A stretch of DNA of 64,000 nt from Candidatus Pacearchaeota archaeon (GTDB lineage Archaea; Nanobdellota; Nanobdellia; UBA10117; JAFCGI01), in NCBI GenBank assembly GCA_017608235.1, contig JAFCGI010000005.1, positions 46,930-110,929 of the forward strand. The letters are read 5' to 3'. The position numbers and the translations under genes are program-made. The stretch's first letter is position 1. The number at the start of each line of letters is the position of its first letter. Below the pieces are notes generated by a model. That model was not told the DNA's origin, did not search any database, and worked only from the letters and a program-made list of their open reading frames with translations. Of this stretch, positions 43,479 through 52,340 are shown one piece after another.

Positions 43479-43588
43479 ATAGTTAATTACTAAAGAATTA
43501 ATAGTTAATTACAGAAGGATTAATAGTTAATTACTAAAGAATTAATAGTTAATTACAGAAGGATTAATAGTTAATTACTAAAGAATTA
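43479..43588. repeat. Intergenic tandem repeat, 22-nt unit x5 (attaatagttaattac + taaaga or agaagg, alternating)
   Basis: Direct reading. Lies between the rps10 3' end and the start of the membrane-protein gene. Confidence 0.85.
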
Positions 43589-43894
43589 CTCGATAACTTG
43601 TATTTCTATATTAACATCTTTTGGAATTGGTACTCTCATAACTAAATGCAAGGCTCGTTCATCAGCAGCTAAATCAATCATACGCTTATGAATTCTCATT
43701 TCGTATCTTTCCCAGGTTTCTGTACCTTCACCATCTGGGGCTTTTCTTACTGGAATTCTAAGGATTTTTGTAGGAAGATTTATTGGACCTGAATAGTTTA
43801 CTCCTACATTCTTAGCAATATCAGTAATCTGATTAGCTATGCTATTCAATTTGTTTATGTCTGTGCTGTAAAGCTTAATTCTTGCTTTTGGCAT
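43586..43894 (-). CDS. rps10: Ribosomal protein S10
   Basis: MPKARIKLYSTDINKLNSIANQITDIAKNVGVNYSGPINLPTKILRIPVRKAPDGEGTETWERYEMRIHKR is typical S10. Inverted relative to tuf. Confidence 0.8.
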   Translation of the reverse strand: MPKARIKLYSTDINKLNSIANQITDIAKNVGVNYSGPINLPTKILRIPVRKAPDGEGTETWERYEMRIHKRMIDLAADERALHLVMRVPIPKDVNIEIQVIE

Positions 43895-43999
43895 TCTAAA
43901 TAGCTTGGTTTATGGGTTTAAAAAGGTTTTCTTTGCAAGTTTTTTTCTAAGGAACTTTCCTTTTATTACTAATCTTTTGGATAAAAAAATAAAAAAGAA

Positions 44000-44074
44000 T
44001 GGGCCCGGGCGGATTCGAACCGCCGATCCCCGCCTTGTAAGGGCGGTGTCATAACCAGACTAGACCACAAGCCC
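44000..44074 (-). tRNA. tRNA-Val (anticodon TAC)
   Basis: Reverse complement reads GGGCTTG-TG-GTCTAGTCTGGTTATGAC-A-CCGCC-CTTACAA-GGCGG-GGATC-GGCGG-TTCGAAT-CCGCC-CGGGCCC-A. Confidence 0.75.
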
Positions 44075-44077
44075 ATA

Positions 44078-44207
44078 AGCCCCGAGTGGGAGTCGAACCC
44101 ACGACCTGCGGTTATCTTGCCTTTGCTGGTTTCCTTCACCAGCGTTTCTTTCTTGAAGAAAGGCTATGTTACAAGACCGCCGCTCTACCAGACTGAGCTA
44201 TCGAGGC
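44078..44207 (-). tRNA. tRNA-Thr (anticodon TGT) with a roughly 56-nt intron at the anticodon loop
   Basis: Reverse complement: acceptor GCCTCGA/TCGGGGC+T; D-arm GCTCAGTCTGGTAGAGC; anticodon stem GCGGT/ACCGC with loop CTTGTA|intron|A; T-arm GTGGG-TTCGACT-CCCAC. Confidence 0.65.
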
Positions 44208-44568
44208 ATATGAGGAAATGACTTTTTATGGTTTATAACTATTTTGTTTATTAACAGTAGATAGGAAAGTGCAAAAGTGGGAACTGAATGAAAAATTCCT
44301 TCATTAGAAAGCTTGAGACCATCATTCTTGAGGTATTGTAGTGCGAGAGCTTTTTGTTTGCTTCTATAGTGCTGGATCATTCCATAAACTCTCATAATAT
44401 CTCTATTCTCTTTTCTGTATTTATTCTGTCTTTGCCTCTCTATCTCTGGATTATTAAGTATCCATTCTTTAGATTTGGCTCTAATAGCCTTTTTATTTCT
44501 TTGGTAGTATTCTCGCTTTTTCTTTAGATTATATTCTCTATTTTTTAACTTCCATTCTCTGCTTAATT
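44198..44568 (-). pseudogene. Open reading region with no start codon, directly after the stop of the zinc-ribbon gene in a different frame. It continues the EY..EYY..NK repeat pattern and its stop codon overlaps the tRNA-Thr 5' end. Either a frameshifted C-terminal extension or a remnant
   Basis: Own translation: ...REYNLKKKREYYQRNKKAIRAKSKEW... following ...KEYRKEYYEKNKEKY* of the upstream ORF. Confidence 0.25.
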
Positions 44569-44865
44569 TTAGTATTTCTCTTTATTTTTCTCATAATACT
44601 CTTTTCTGTATTCTTTGGGTGTTTTAGAAAATCCATTAAATAACAGTTTTAAACTCTTTTTAATCTCTTTAATCCTTGCTAAATGTTCTTTATATTCTTT
44701 ATCAAATCTTTCCGCATCCTCAATTCTTCTTCTTTTGTTAAATTCCTGAAATTCCTTGACTTCTATCTCTTTTTGAGGAAACAATCTAGAACATAAAGCA
44801 CATTTGTATTTAGGTCTAGAAGAAAGCAATACAAGTTTGTATGAGTAGTTTGGACATCGTGGCAT
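44569..44865 (-). CDS. Zinc-ribbon protein, last gene of the island operon
   Basis: CPNYSYK...CALCSR. The start overlaps the stop of the upstream nuclease gene. Confidence 0.45.
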   Translation of the reverse strand: MPRCPNYSYKLVLLSSRPKYKCALCSRLFPQKEIEVKEFQEFNKRRRIEDAERFDKEYKEHLARIKEIKKSLKLLFNGFSKTPKEYRKEYYEKNKEKY

Positions 44866-45893
44866 TATTTCTTCTCCTTTTTCTTTAAAGCTTCTTTATT
44901 TTCTCTCGCATATTTTATATTCTGAAGTTGTCTTTTCCCATTTTCAATGAGTTCATTAAAAGTAACTATTTTAATATGAGGTCTTAATTGAAAATTCCAA
45001 TTTTTTATAAGTCTCTGTTCCCCATCACTTATATTGTAACCCATAACAATTATTCCGGAAGGGGCTTGTATTTTATAAGTGCCCTCTTCAGATAAACCAC
45101 TATACAAATCTGTTCTACGCAAGTAGAGAATCAATTGATTAATCCCTTGTGCTAGTTCATCAGAAATATATAATCTTGAGTCATCTTTTTTCTTGAAAAA
45201 TGGATTAAGATTTGGGCTTTTGAATTCAAAAACTTTATCTTCCCCAATTTCAGTTTTTATGTGAAGATCTACTGCTAATTGTGGATCAACTGCTTTTTCA
45301 GAAGCCTTAACCTCACAATCTATGCCTAATATCCATTTACTTTCCTTAAGTTTCGTTTTTACTAAATGCTCTTCTCTTTTAGTACCCTTACTAATTCTTT
45401 TTACTTCATTTTCAAATTCAGTTAGTTTAGATTCATAATCTTCTATTTTATCAATTACTTCCTTAGCAAGTGTTATCTCAATTTGTTGTTTACTTAAACG
45501 TTCCTCAGCATCCTTGAGTTTTATTTTTGCTTCTACAAGTTCATTGTTTAACAATTCAACTTTTTCTTTATATATTGAAACTTCTTCTGAAACATCTTCT
45601 ATTTGTTTACCCCAAATTTTATATGCGAATCCTTTAACTGTTTTAGAAAACCATTTGAACCATTCTGAGAGATTAATTCTATTAGGAATCCAAAAACCAG
45701 ATTTATGTGTTTTAAAATAAGGTTTTGTTGATGCAGATTGAACTCTTATACCTTCATATCCTTGTGTATTTTTTTCAGAAGAGATTTTTGATTTATAAGT
45801 TCCTTCTTCAAAACTGTCTGATTTAATCTCTTTAATATGCTCTGATTTATAAAAATCATTTGTTCTCTTCTTTTTAGTTTTCTTTTTTGTCAC
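44865..45893 (-). CDS. PD-(D/E)XK-superfamily nuclease with an N-terminal basic/coiled-coil region (Shedu/DUF4263-like or RecB-like fold)
   Basis: In the C-terminal domain: VDLHIK...KVFEFKSP (D...ExK) and QGINQLILYLRR (QxxxY). The N-terminus is a K-rich segment followed by heptad-like coiled coil. Confidence 0.5.
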   Translation of the reverse strand: MTKKKTKKKRTNDFYKSEHIKEIKSDSFEEGTYKSKISSEKNTQGYEGIRVQSASTKPYFKTHKSGFWIPNRINLSEWFKWFSKTVKGFAYKIWGKQIEDVSEEVSIYKEKVELLNNELVEAKIKLKDAEERLSKQQIEITLAKEVIDKIEDYESKLTEFENEVKRISKGTKREEHLVKTKLKESKWILGIDCEVKASEKAVDPQLAVDLHIKTEIGEDKVFEFKSPNLNPFFKKKDDSRLYISDELAQGINQLILYLRRTDLYSGLSEEGTYKIQAPSGIIVMGYNISDGEQRLIKNWNFQLRPHIKIVTFNELIENGKRQLQNIKYARENKEALKKKEKK

Positions 45894-45894
45894 T

Positions 45895-46572
45895 TTATTT
45901 TTCTCCTCTTATTTTACAAAACCCACACTCTTTACTTGCCTTTGGCTCTTTTCCTTGTAAAATTTTAATGGCTTGTTTGAAAACTTTTTCCCCTCTTTTA
46001 GGATCTGTTTTAATTTTAATCAATTTGGTATCAAATATTACTTCTCCTGTTTCTGTAACATGATTAGGATAATAAAACAATAGATAAGTATAGTCTTCTG
46101 TTTGATAACCATTTTCTCTTAATAAGAAATTATAAAGATCCATTTGATTGATATAATGCTCATGAGTATCTTCTTTTAGAGGAAATCCTCTTGTTTTGTA
46201 ATCTAAAACAATTAGTTTCTTTCCTTTCTTTAGAATATTATCTACTGCTCCATGTAATAAAATATTTGATTTTTTGTCTAGTAATTCTATACCCTTAAAA
46301 TTGCTTCTCCAGATTTTTAGTTTTTCTTTATCATTGAATAATTTACATCCATCATTTGCACATTCTTGTTCTTTTAGTTCTGGTGGAAGTTCTCCTTTTT
46401 CCATAAACCTATCAAAATGCTCTTTTAGAACTTTATCCATCCCTGAAGGTAAACTTGGGAATGGTGTGTCTGGTCTTCTTTCTTTTTTAACTAATTGAAG
46501 CCAGAAACATCTAGGACATTCTAGCATTAAATTCAATGAACTTGGTGATATTTTGTATGTTGATTTATTCAT
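45895..46572 (-). CDS. Cas4-like / RecB-family exonuclease with Fe-S cluster cysteines (DUF83 type)
   Basis: N-terminal ISPSSLNLMLECPRCFWL (the Cas4 signature). LHGAVDNI...LIVLDYKT (D, D/ExK), QMDLYNFLL (QxxxY). C-terminal cysteines CGFCK. Confidence 0.65.
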   Translation of the reverse strand: MNKSTYKISPSSLNLMLECPRCFWLQLVKKERRPDTPFPSLPSGMDKVLKEHFDRFMEKGELPPELKEQECANDGCKLFNDKEKLKIWRSNFKGIELLDKKSNILLHGAVDNILKKGKKLIVLDYKTRGFPLKEDTHEHYINQMDLYNFLLRENGYQTEDYTYLLFYYPNHVTETGEVIFDTKLIKIKTDPKRGEKVFKQAIKILQGKEPKASKECGFCKIRGEK

Positions 46573-48893
46573 TTGAATATTATCTCCTTTAATTTTTTAA
46601 TTTCATTTTCATTTAATAGATTTATTCCTTTTGGATTTTGAATTATATCTCCTTTTAATTTAATAAATGGCTTATTTTTTTTATCAAATGTCAATTCTTG
46701 TTTAAAATAGATAACTCCTGAGATAATATCTGTATTTGGATTTGTTTTATGTATTGAATCGTCTTTTCTCGAAGGATATTGATCTATTGTTTTGCCAGTT
46801 TTTTTATCCATAACTAAGGTTAAAGATAAACTTCCAAAGAAGGTATTGATTATTTCATGTTCATCAATAGTTGAACCACTTTTATCTATAACTATAAAAA
46901 TAATATCACTCCTTTTTTTATTTAACATTTCTTTTAGAGTTACATCTGATTTAATCTGTTTTTTAAATTTATTTTTTATTTTTTTAAGAGCTTCATTAGG
47001 CATGGCTACAGCACTATTACTTAATCTTAAATTCTTATTAATTTCAGGTCTTGTAATCTCAAAGTAAATATCTTTATTGAATAAATTTACCTTAAGATCA
47101 AGATTATTGTTTTTTTTATTTGGTGGAAGGGGCTCTATAACCTCAATATGATTATTATCAAACTTATTTATAAAAATAAGTTCACTAAAATAATTCCAAA
47201 ATTTATTTTCATTAAACAAGTTTTGTTTTATATCCTTGACTATATGTTCTTTTTTCTTGAATTTTTCATTTGCTTTTGTCTCAATTATTTTAATGTTCTT
47301 ATTCAATTCATAAAGATAAGCTTTTGGCCAAAATCTACTTCTAACAAAATCTATCTTAAATGCCTTATTTAATTCAGAATCTTTTTCTGAAATTTTAATA
47401 TCTTCAAGAGTTGGTTGTTCATTTTCTCCAAGCCAAATAAGAGGAGTGTATCGCTTTTTGTTTTCTGCTTCTATAATTACCTCTTTTGCAAATTTATACA
47501 AGTTAGTGTATTTTTTGAGATTTTTTTTAATTATATCAAAGTTGTATTTTTCTTTCCTATTTCTCAATTGAGTTAAAAGATTTTCAGCAAAGTTAATTAA
47601 ATAGTCATAATCGTCTTTAGAAAAAGGTTTTTTGTTTTTCCTTTCATTGTATTTATTTTTATTAAACTCGATGAAATTTTTTTCCTTAGATATTTTAATT
47701 AGATTGTCTATAAGTTTAATAATAACATCTTTATTTTTAATATCCTTAAAAATATTTCCAATTAAGACATTATTTAACTCAAAAAATAAATATTTTTCAT
47801 CTTTATTCTTTAGATTAAATTTTAGTATCTGATCCAAAGCATAGCTTATATGGAATTTTGAGAGTGTTTTAAATAAATGAGGTAATGTAACAATATATAA
47901 TTTTGATTTTTTATTTTGGATTCTCTTGTAATTTTCAAGGATATATCTAATAAAAAGTCTATTCTTTTTTACTAATTCCTCAAGTGCCCAGTCAAAATGT
48001 CTTAATTTAAATTCCATATCTTTATTTAACCAATAAATAAACAAATCAGATATTTGTTTATATGGCTGAGGAAACTTCCTTAATACTTCAACGATTTTGT
48101 CTATTATGATATAATCCATATCTTTAGAATATTTAATAAGTTCAAAGATTTGTTTTTGGTTTAATAAGTCTTTATATGTTAACCTATCAAACAATAAATA
48201 AGTAATATTTTTGTCCTTTAGTTTTATTAAATCAAAGAGTTTATTATAAAAATAGTCTTTATTTTTATTAAAAAATATTAAACAAACATTAATGAATTCT
48301 TGCAGTATTTTTTTATCTTGGTTTTTAGATATTTTATCAAAATAAGAATAAGCTTCTTTACTTAGTCTTTGGGATTCATATTTATACAAAATAGCTTTTA
48401 ATATAGAATTAGTTTGTGGATATTCAAGCTTTTTATTTAAAAATTCCTCCAGGATTGAATCATTTTTTACTGAATATCCTCCAAGGATTAAACCAGCCAC
48501 TACCTTAAAATCACTATCTTTAGATTTAGTTATTATCTTCTTATAAAATTGTAGAGCAAATGGTTTATTTTTTCCAATATCTTTTAGTATATTTAGGAAA
48601 GGCCCTTGAGCCATATCTCTTTTTATTTTATTGTTTATTTTTTCTAATAATTCAAGGTATTTATCTGTGTTATCTGCTAACTCATATGTAACAGTAGTAA
48701 TCAATTCAAAATATCCCCAAAAGTCAGAACTAAAGAGAAAATCATCAATTAATTTATATTTATCCTTTTCAGATAGCTTAGATTTATGACTATTGTAAAC
48801 TTTGATTTGTTCTTCAAATTTGTAATATTTACCTTTTAAGTCTTCTTCAAGGCTCATATTCTTGGCACCATCTTCCATTTTTCTTGATTGCAT
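46569..48893 (-). CDS. Large (774 aa) predominantly alpha-helical protein with a distinct C-terminal domain, function unknown; no P-loop found
   Basis: Extremely K/N/I/F/Y-rich and more AT-rich than the neighbouring genes. Start and stop overlap both flanking genes in the operon. Confidence 0.45.
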   Translation of the reverse strand: MQSRKMEDGAKNMSLEEDLKGKYYKFEEQIKVYNSHKSKLSEKDKYKLIDDFLFSSDFWGYFELITTVTYELADNTDKYLELLEKINNKIKRDMAQGPFLNILKDIGKNKPFALQFYKKIITKSKDSDFKVVAGLILGGYSVKNDSILEEFLNKKLEYPQTNSILKAILYKYESQRLSKEAYSYFDKISKNQDKKILQEFINVCLIFFNKNKDYFYNKLFDLIKLKDKNITYLLFDRLTYKDLLNQKQIFELIKYSKDMDYIIIDKIVEVLRKFPQPYKQISDLFIYWLNKDMEFKLRHFDWALEELVKKNRLFIRYILENYKRIQNKKSKLYIVTLPHLFKTLSKFHISYALDQILKFNLKNKDEKYLFFELNNVLIGNIFKDIKNKDVIIKLIDNLIKISKEKNFIEFNKNKYNERKNKKPFSKDDYDYLINFAENLLTQLRNRKEKYNFDIIKKNLKKYTNLYKFAKEVIIEAENKKRYTPLIWLGENEQPTLEDIKISEKDSELNKAFKIDFVRSRFWPKAYLYELNKNIKIIETKANEKFKKKEHIVKDIKQNLFNENKFWNYFSELIFINKFDNNHIEVIEPLPPNKKNNNLDLKVNLFNKDIYFEITRPEINKNLRLSNSAVAMPNEALKKIKNKFKKQIKSDVTLKEMLNKKRSDIIFIVIDKSGSTIDEHEIINTFFGSLSLTLVMDKKTGKTIDQYPSRKDDSIHKTNPNTDIISGVIYFKQELTFDKKNKPFIKLKGDIIQNPKGINLLNENEIKKLKEIIFK

Positions 48894-49567
48894 CGGTATA
48901 AATACCCATTTGGGATTATTTCAAAATTTTTTGTACTATTTTTTTTGCAAATTACAACGTCACATCCATAAATGTATGGACTTCCTGTAAACTGAAAATC
49001 AATCAAAGAGATGTTATTTAAAGTATTAACTGAGTGTCTAATTATTTGTTTAAAATTTCTTTTTAGTTCATAGGATTTTAATTCATTTAATTGAGATAAA
49101 ATATAATTTCCTCTTCGCAAATCATTATTTGAATCAAGACAAGTCTCTTTACCAGATCCTATGAATCCTTTTTCAATAGATTTGATCTCATAGTCTTTTA
49201 TGTTATTGGAAACCATTTTCGAGAAATCAATTTTGTAACACTTAAATGAAGCGATATTAAGTAGAATACAAGAAACATCAATTTTTGAGAGTCGGGGATA
49301 TGTTTTTTTAATGATAGCATATATTTTTTTGAATTGTAGCCTGTTGTTGATATTTGCGTAAAACATATCTTTTATTTTTATTATATTAGAACTATTCCCT
49401 GCAAAACCCAATATCCAATTTTTTCTTATTTCTACTTTTTTTGCAAAATTATGTGGAAAGACTTCATATCCTTCAGTCGCCCGGATAGTATCATGTATAT
49501 CAGTTTCCAACCTATCTGCAACAAGTACCCACGCATTCTTCAATGGAAAGGCAAAAATAGAAGTCAT
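48854..49567 (-). CDS. HslV/proteasome-beta-like N-terminal-nucleophile hydrolase (Thr directly after the initiator Met, no propeptide)
   Basis: [17 protein letters not shown] aligns with HslV [31 protein letters not shown] aligns with HslV [16 protein letters not shown] matches the HslV/proteasome GSGG block. SD GAGGGG lies 11 nt upstream. Confidence 0.55.
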   Translation of the reverse strand: [237 protein letters not shown]

Positions 49568-49634
49568 TTTTCATTAACCCCTCAACAAAATTGTAATTTC
49601 TTCTTTGACCAACCCATATAATTCATGAACCATT

Positions 49635-52340
49635 TTATTTTTTATATTCCCTAAAATTTCTCTCTAATTCTTTAAAAGAGGATGGGTGATATTTATCAAA
49701 ACTCTCTTCGTCCACATAAATAAAGTCATATTTAGCCTTTTTCTGAGACTTGTTTAGATCTTCACACCATTGTTTTAATCTCTGCATTTTTAGTGGAACA
49801 TCTAAGTCTTCCTTACCTTTAGTTTCAATTATGAAGATTTCTTTATCTGATTTTTTAACAATAAAATCTGGATAATACTCTGAAATATTTCCATCTTTAT
49901 TTTTATAATCTATTTTAAAATGGACACCAAAATAATTTTTGACGTAAGATACTATCTCCCCTTCTGGACAATTTTCTAAAAAATTAGCAAATCTTAATTC
50001 TAAATCGCTATCTCCTATAATCTTATTAAAGATGCTTTTTTTAGGAACAAGATATCCTTGCTGTTTTACAACAAAAGACCTACATTGACTGAGTTTTATG
50101 TAATTTCTAATTTCTGCTTCTCCTTTATCTTGAACTGTTAAATCATTAATTTCTTTCTTAAAAGTTTCAATTATTGTTCTTGTTGCTTCTATCTCAGATA
50201 GATTTCTTAAAATATTCAAATCTTCTAAGTTAACCTTTTCTTTGAACAATTCATTTTGAATAAAATTCTTGACTTTTTCATATAGAATGTCATAACCACT
50301 AATTAATCTTAATTCCTTCATTATACTTTGAGTAAAAAAACCAATTGCTCCCTGATAATTGATAATGGCATTGCTGTCTAATACTGTTTTATGGTGTGCT
50401 TCTTCCTTAGAATCTTCTTTGTTCACTACATATTTAAAAACAATTTCTTTCTTTTCTTCTTCTGAAAATTTTTGAATGTTTATTTTTTTATGTTTAAATT
50501 TAGAAACTTCTAACTCAGAAAGATTTTTGTATTCTCTGAATATTCTTGGAGTTAAAACAGGAATTTCTATATCTAATTTTTTAAGATTTTTCTTTTTATT
50601 CTCTTTGTCTATTTCAACAACAAGAGGTGTTTTGGCAGGAGTCCTATCTCCCATTTTTCTTTTTTCCAGTTCAACACCTTCATTTTTTATAGACTCAACA
50701 AATTCCATAAAAGCAGGAGTTCCAACAACACTAACATACTCTTCCACATCTTCTCCCCTGTACATTCTTCTTAATCCTCTTCCTAATGTCTGCTCAGGTA
50801 AGATATTGCTTTTTGCTGAATATGCTCTTAATCCAACAATTGTTGTAACATTTTTTACATCCCATCCTTCTTTTAGCATTAAAACAGAAACAATAGCTTT
50901 GTATTTGCTATCCGGATTATCAATATCATTAGCTGCTTTTCTTAATTCTTTTAGTTCTTTTTCTTTTTTTCCAGTCACTGATTCAGAGATTTCTCCATTA
51001 TTTTTAGTATGAATTACTAAAACAGCATCTTTTAGATCTGAATATGTTTCTTCCAAATATTTTTTCACTTCATCACAATTTTTAGTATCATCAGTCATAA
51101 CAAACAGAACTGCTTTTTTCCCAGCCTTTATCTGCTCATTATAAACTTTCTTCCATTCTTCATATCCAAGATGAATAAAGTCCCTATATTTCTCTGTAAA
51201 GTTTGAACTCTTTATTTCATTTAATTTTGCTCTACTTGCTTCATCTGGAACAAGAGGTTTTTTGACTACATCTTGATATATGGCCTCTACCAAAGGATAA
51301 TCAGAAATAGTTTGAACAAAAATTGCTCCATTAACCTGCTTTGGTGTAGCTGTTGTGTCTACTTGTAAAGATACCTTGCTTCCCTTTTGTAAAAGTTTAT
51401 TATGAATATCTTGAAGTGATTTAAACCAAGCCATTCTTTCATCATGTATATGGTGCGCTTCATCATTTAGAATTACTAACTCGTCAACATCTCTCACAAT
51501 CTCACTTAAATCAACTTTAGATTCATTTGTTGGTCCAACTGGTTTTTCTCCTAAAAAATAATCCATAGTATTATCATCTTCAGAAGAAGGAGTTTTTGTT
51601 CTGCTATCAAAAACTCTGTGGATATTTGTTAAAAATATATTTCCTACACTTTTTACAACGTTTGCATCATCCTGAATATATAAAGATAATTGAAAATCAT
51701 CTTGCCAGTTTTGGCCATCAAAACCATTTGGCGGAAGAACTGGATCTTCATAGAATACTCTCAACCCATCGAAGTCAGCTCTTATTCTGTCTAAGACAAT
51801 AATATTTGGAGTAATTATTAAGAAATTTCTTGCTAAATCTGAATCTTCTTCATATAATTTATGAAAATAACTCCATGCTAAGACTAGACTTAGAACTTTT
51901 GTTTTTCCAGAACCAGTAGCCATCTTGATAACAAATCTTCTCCATGTTTCTGCAAACATTCCGGTAGACACTGCACCAGAACTATCATATCTCATTAAAT
52001 CATGTTTATCCTCAACTTTAGCTACTTCATACAAGTAAATTATTGATTCTATTGCTTCTCTTTGGCAAAAATAATATTTGAATAAAGAAATATTTCCTTC
52101 TGAGTCCTCTATAGGATGGTCGGTTTCAAACCACCATTTCAAAAGAGCCTTGCTTGTTTCACTAGCTCCTTCGTAATTTGATTCTCTCCATTTTTTAACT
52201 TCTTTTCTTATTTTATCCACTAATGGAGGCAGAAGTTTTTGATATCCTTCTTCCCTTAATGCTTCATCAGCAGGAAACCATCTAATTGAAGGGTCTAAAA
52301 TATCATGAGGCGATCTTGGGAAATCTTTGTGAAGAGCCAT
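49635..52340 (-). CDS. res: Type III restriction-modification Res subunit (SF2 helicase plus C-terminal endonuclease)
   Basis: Walker A MATGSGKTKV, DEAH box LNDEAHHI, and the C-terminal nuclease motif YYPDFIVKK...FIIETKGKE. 901 aa. Confidence 0.8.
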   Translation of the reverse strand: MALHKDFPRSPHDILDPSIRWFPADEALREEGYQKLLPPLVDKIRKEVKKWRESNYEGASETSKALLKWWFETDHPIEDSEGNISLFKYYFCQREAIESIIYLYEVAKVEDKHDLMRYDSSGAVSTGMFAETWRRFVIKMATGSGKTKVLSLVLAWSYFHKLYEEDSDLARNFLIITPNIIVLDRIRADFDGLRVFYEDPVLPPNGFDGQNWQDDFQLSLYIQDDANVVKSVGNIFLTNIHRVFDSRTKTPSSEDDNTMDYFLGEKPVGPTNESKVDLSEIVRDVDELVILNDEAHHIHDERMAWFKSLQDIHNKLLQKGSKVSLQVDTTATPKQVNGAIFVQTISDYPLVEAIYQDVVKKPLVPDEASRAKLNEIKSSNFTEKYRDFIHLGYEEWKKVYNEQIKAGKKAVLFVMTDDTKNCDEVKKYLEETYSDLKDAVLVIHTKNNGEISESVTGKKEKELKELRKAANDIDNPDSKYKAIVSVLMLKEGWDVKNVTTIVGLRAYSAKSNILPEQTLGRGLRRMYRGEDVEEYVSVVGTPAFMEFVESIKNEGVELEKRKMGDRTPAKTPLVVEIDKENKKKNLKKLDIEIPVLTPRIFREYKNLSELEVSKFKHKKINIQKFSEEEKKEIVFKYVVNKEDSKEEAHHKTVLDSNAIINYQGAIGFFTQSIMKELRLISGYDILYEKVKNFIQNELFKEKVNLEDLNILRNLSEIEATRTIIETFKKEINDLTVQDKGEAEIRNYIKLSQCRSFVVKQQGYLVPKKSIFNKIIGDSDLELRFANFLENCPEGEIVSYVKNYFGVHFKIDYKNKDGNISEYYPDFIVKKSDKEIFIIETKGKEDLDVPLKMQRLKQWCEDLNKSQKKAKYDFIYVDEESFDKYHPSSFKELERNFREYKK

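Noticed and set aside
44208-44568. att site: search for a duplicated tRNA-Met or tRNA-Thr 3' segment marking the island boundary
   Set aside because: No copy of the tRNA-Met 3' half (ggatttgaaccctcgacttcc) or of tRNA-Thr was seen at the opposite end by visual scan. The integration hypothesis is therefore left as inference only.
46569-48893. Possible Walker A / HslU-like ATPase in the 774-aa protein (DKKTGKT, DKSGST)
   Set aside because: Neither segment fits GxxxxGK[ST]; no Walker B-like hhhhDE nearby. Left as a non-ATPase helical protein.
50476-51012. 178-aa plus-strand ORF
   Set aside because: Antisense within the Type III res gene; serine/leucine-rich low-complexity translation typical of the antisense of a K/E-rich gene.
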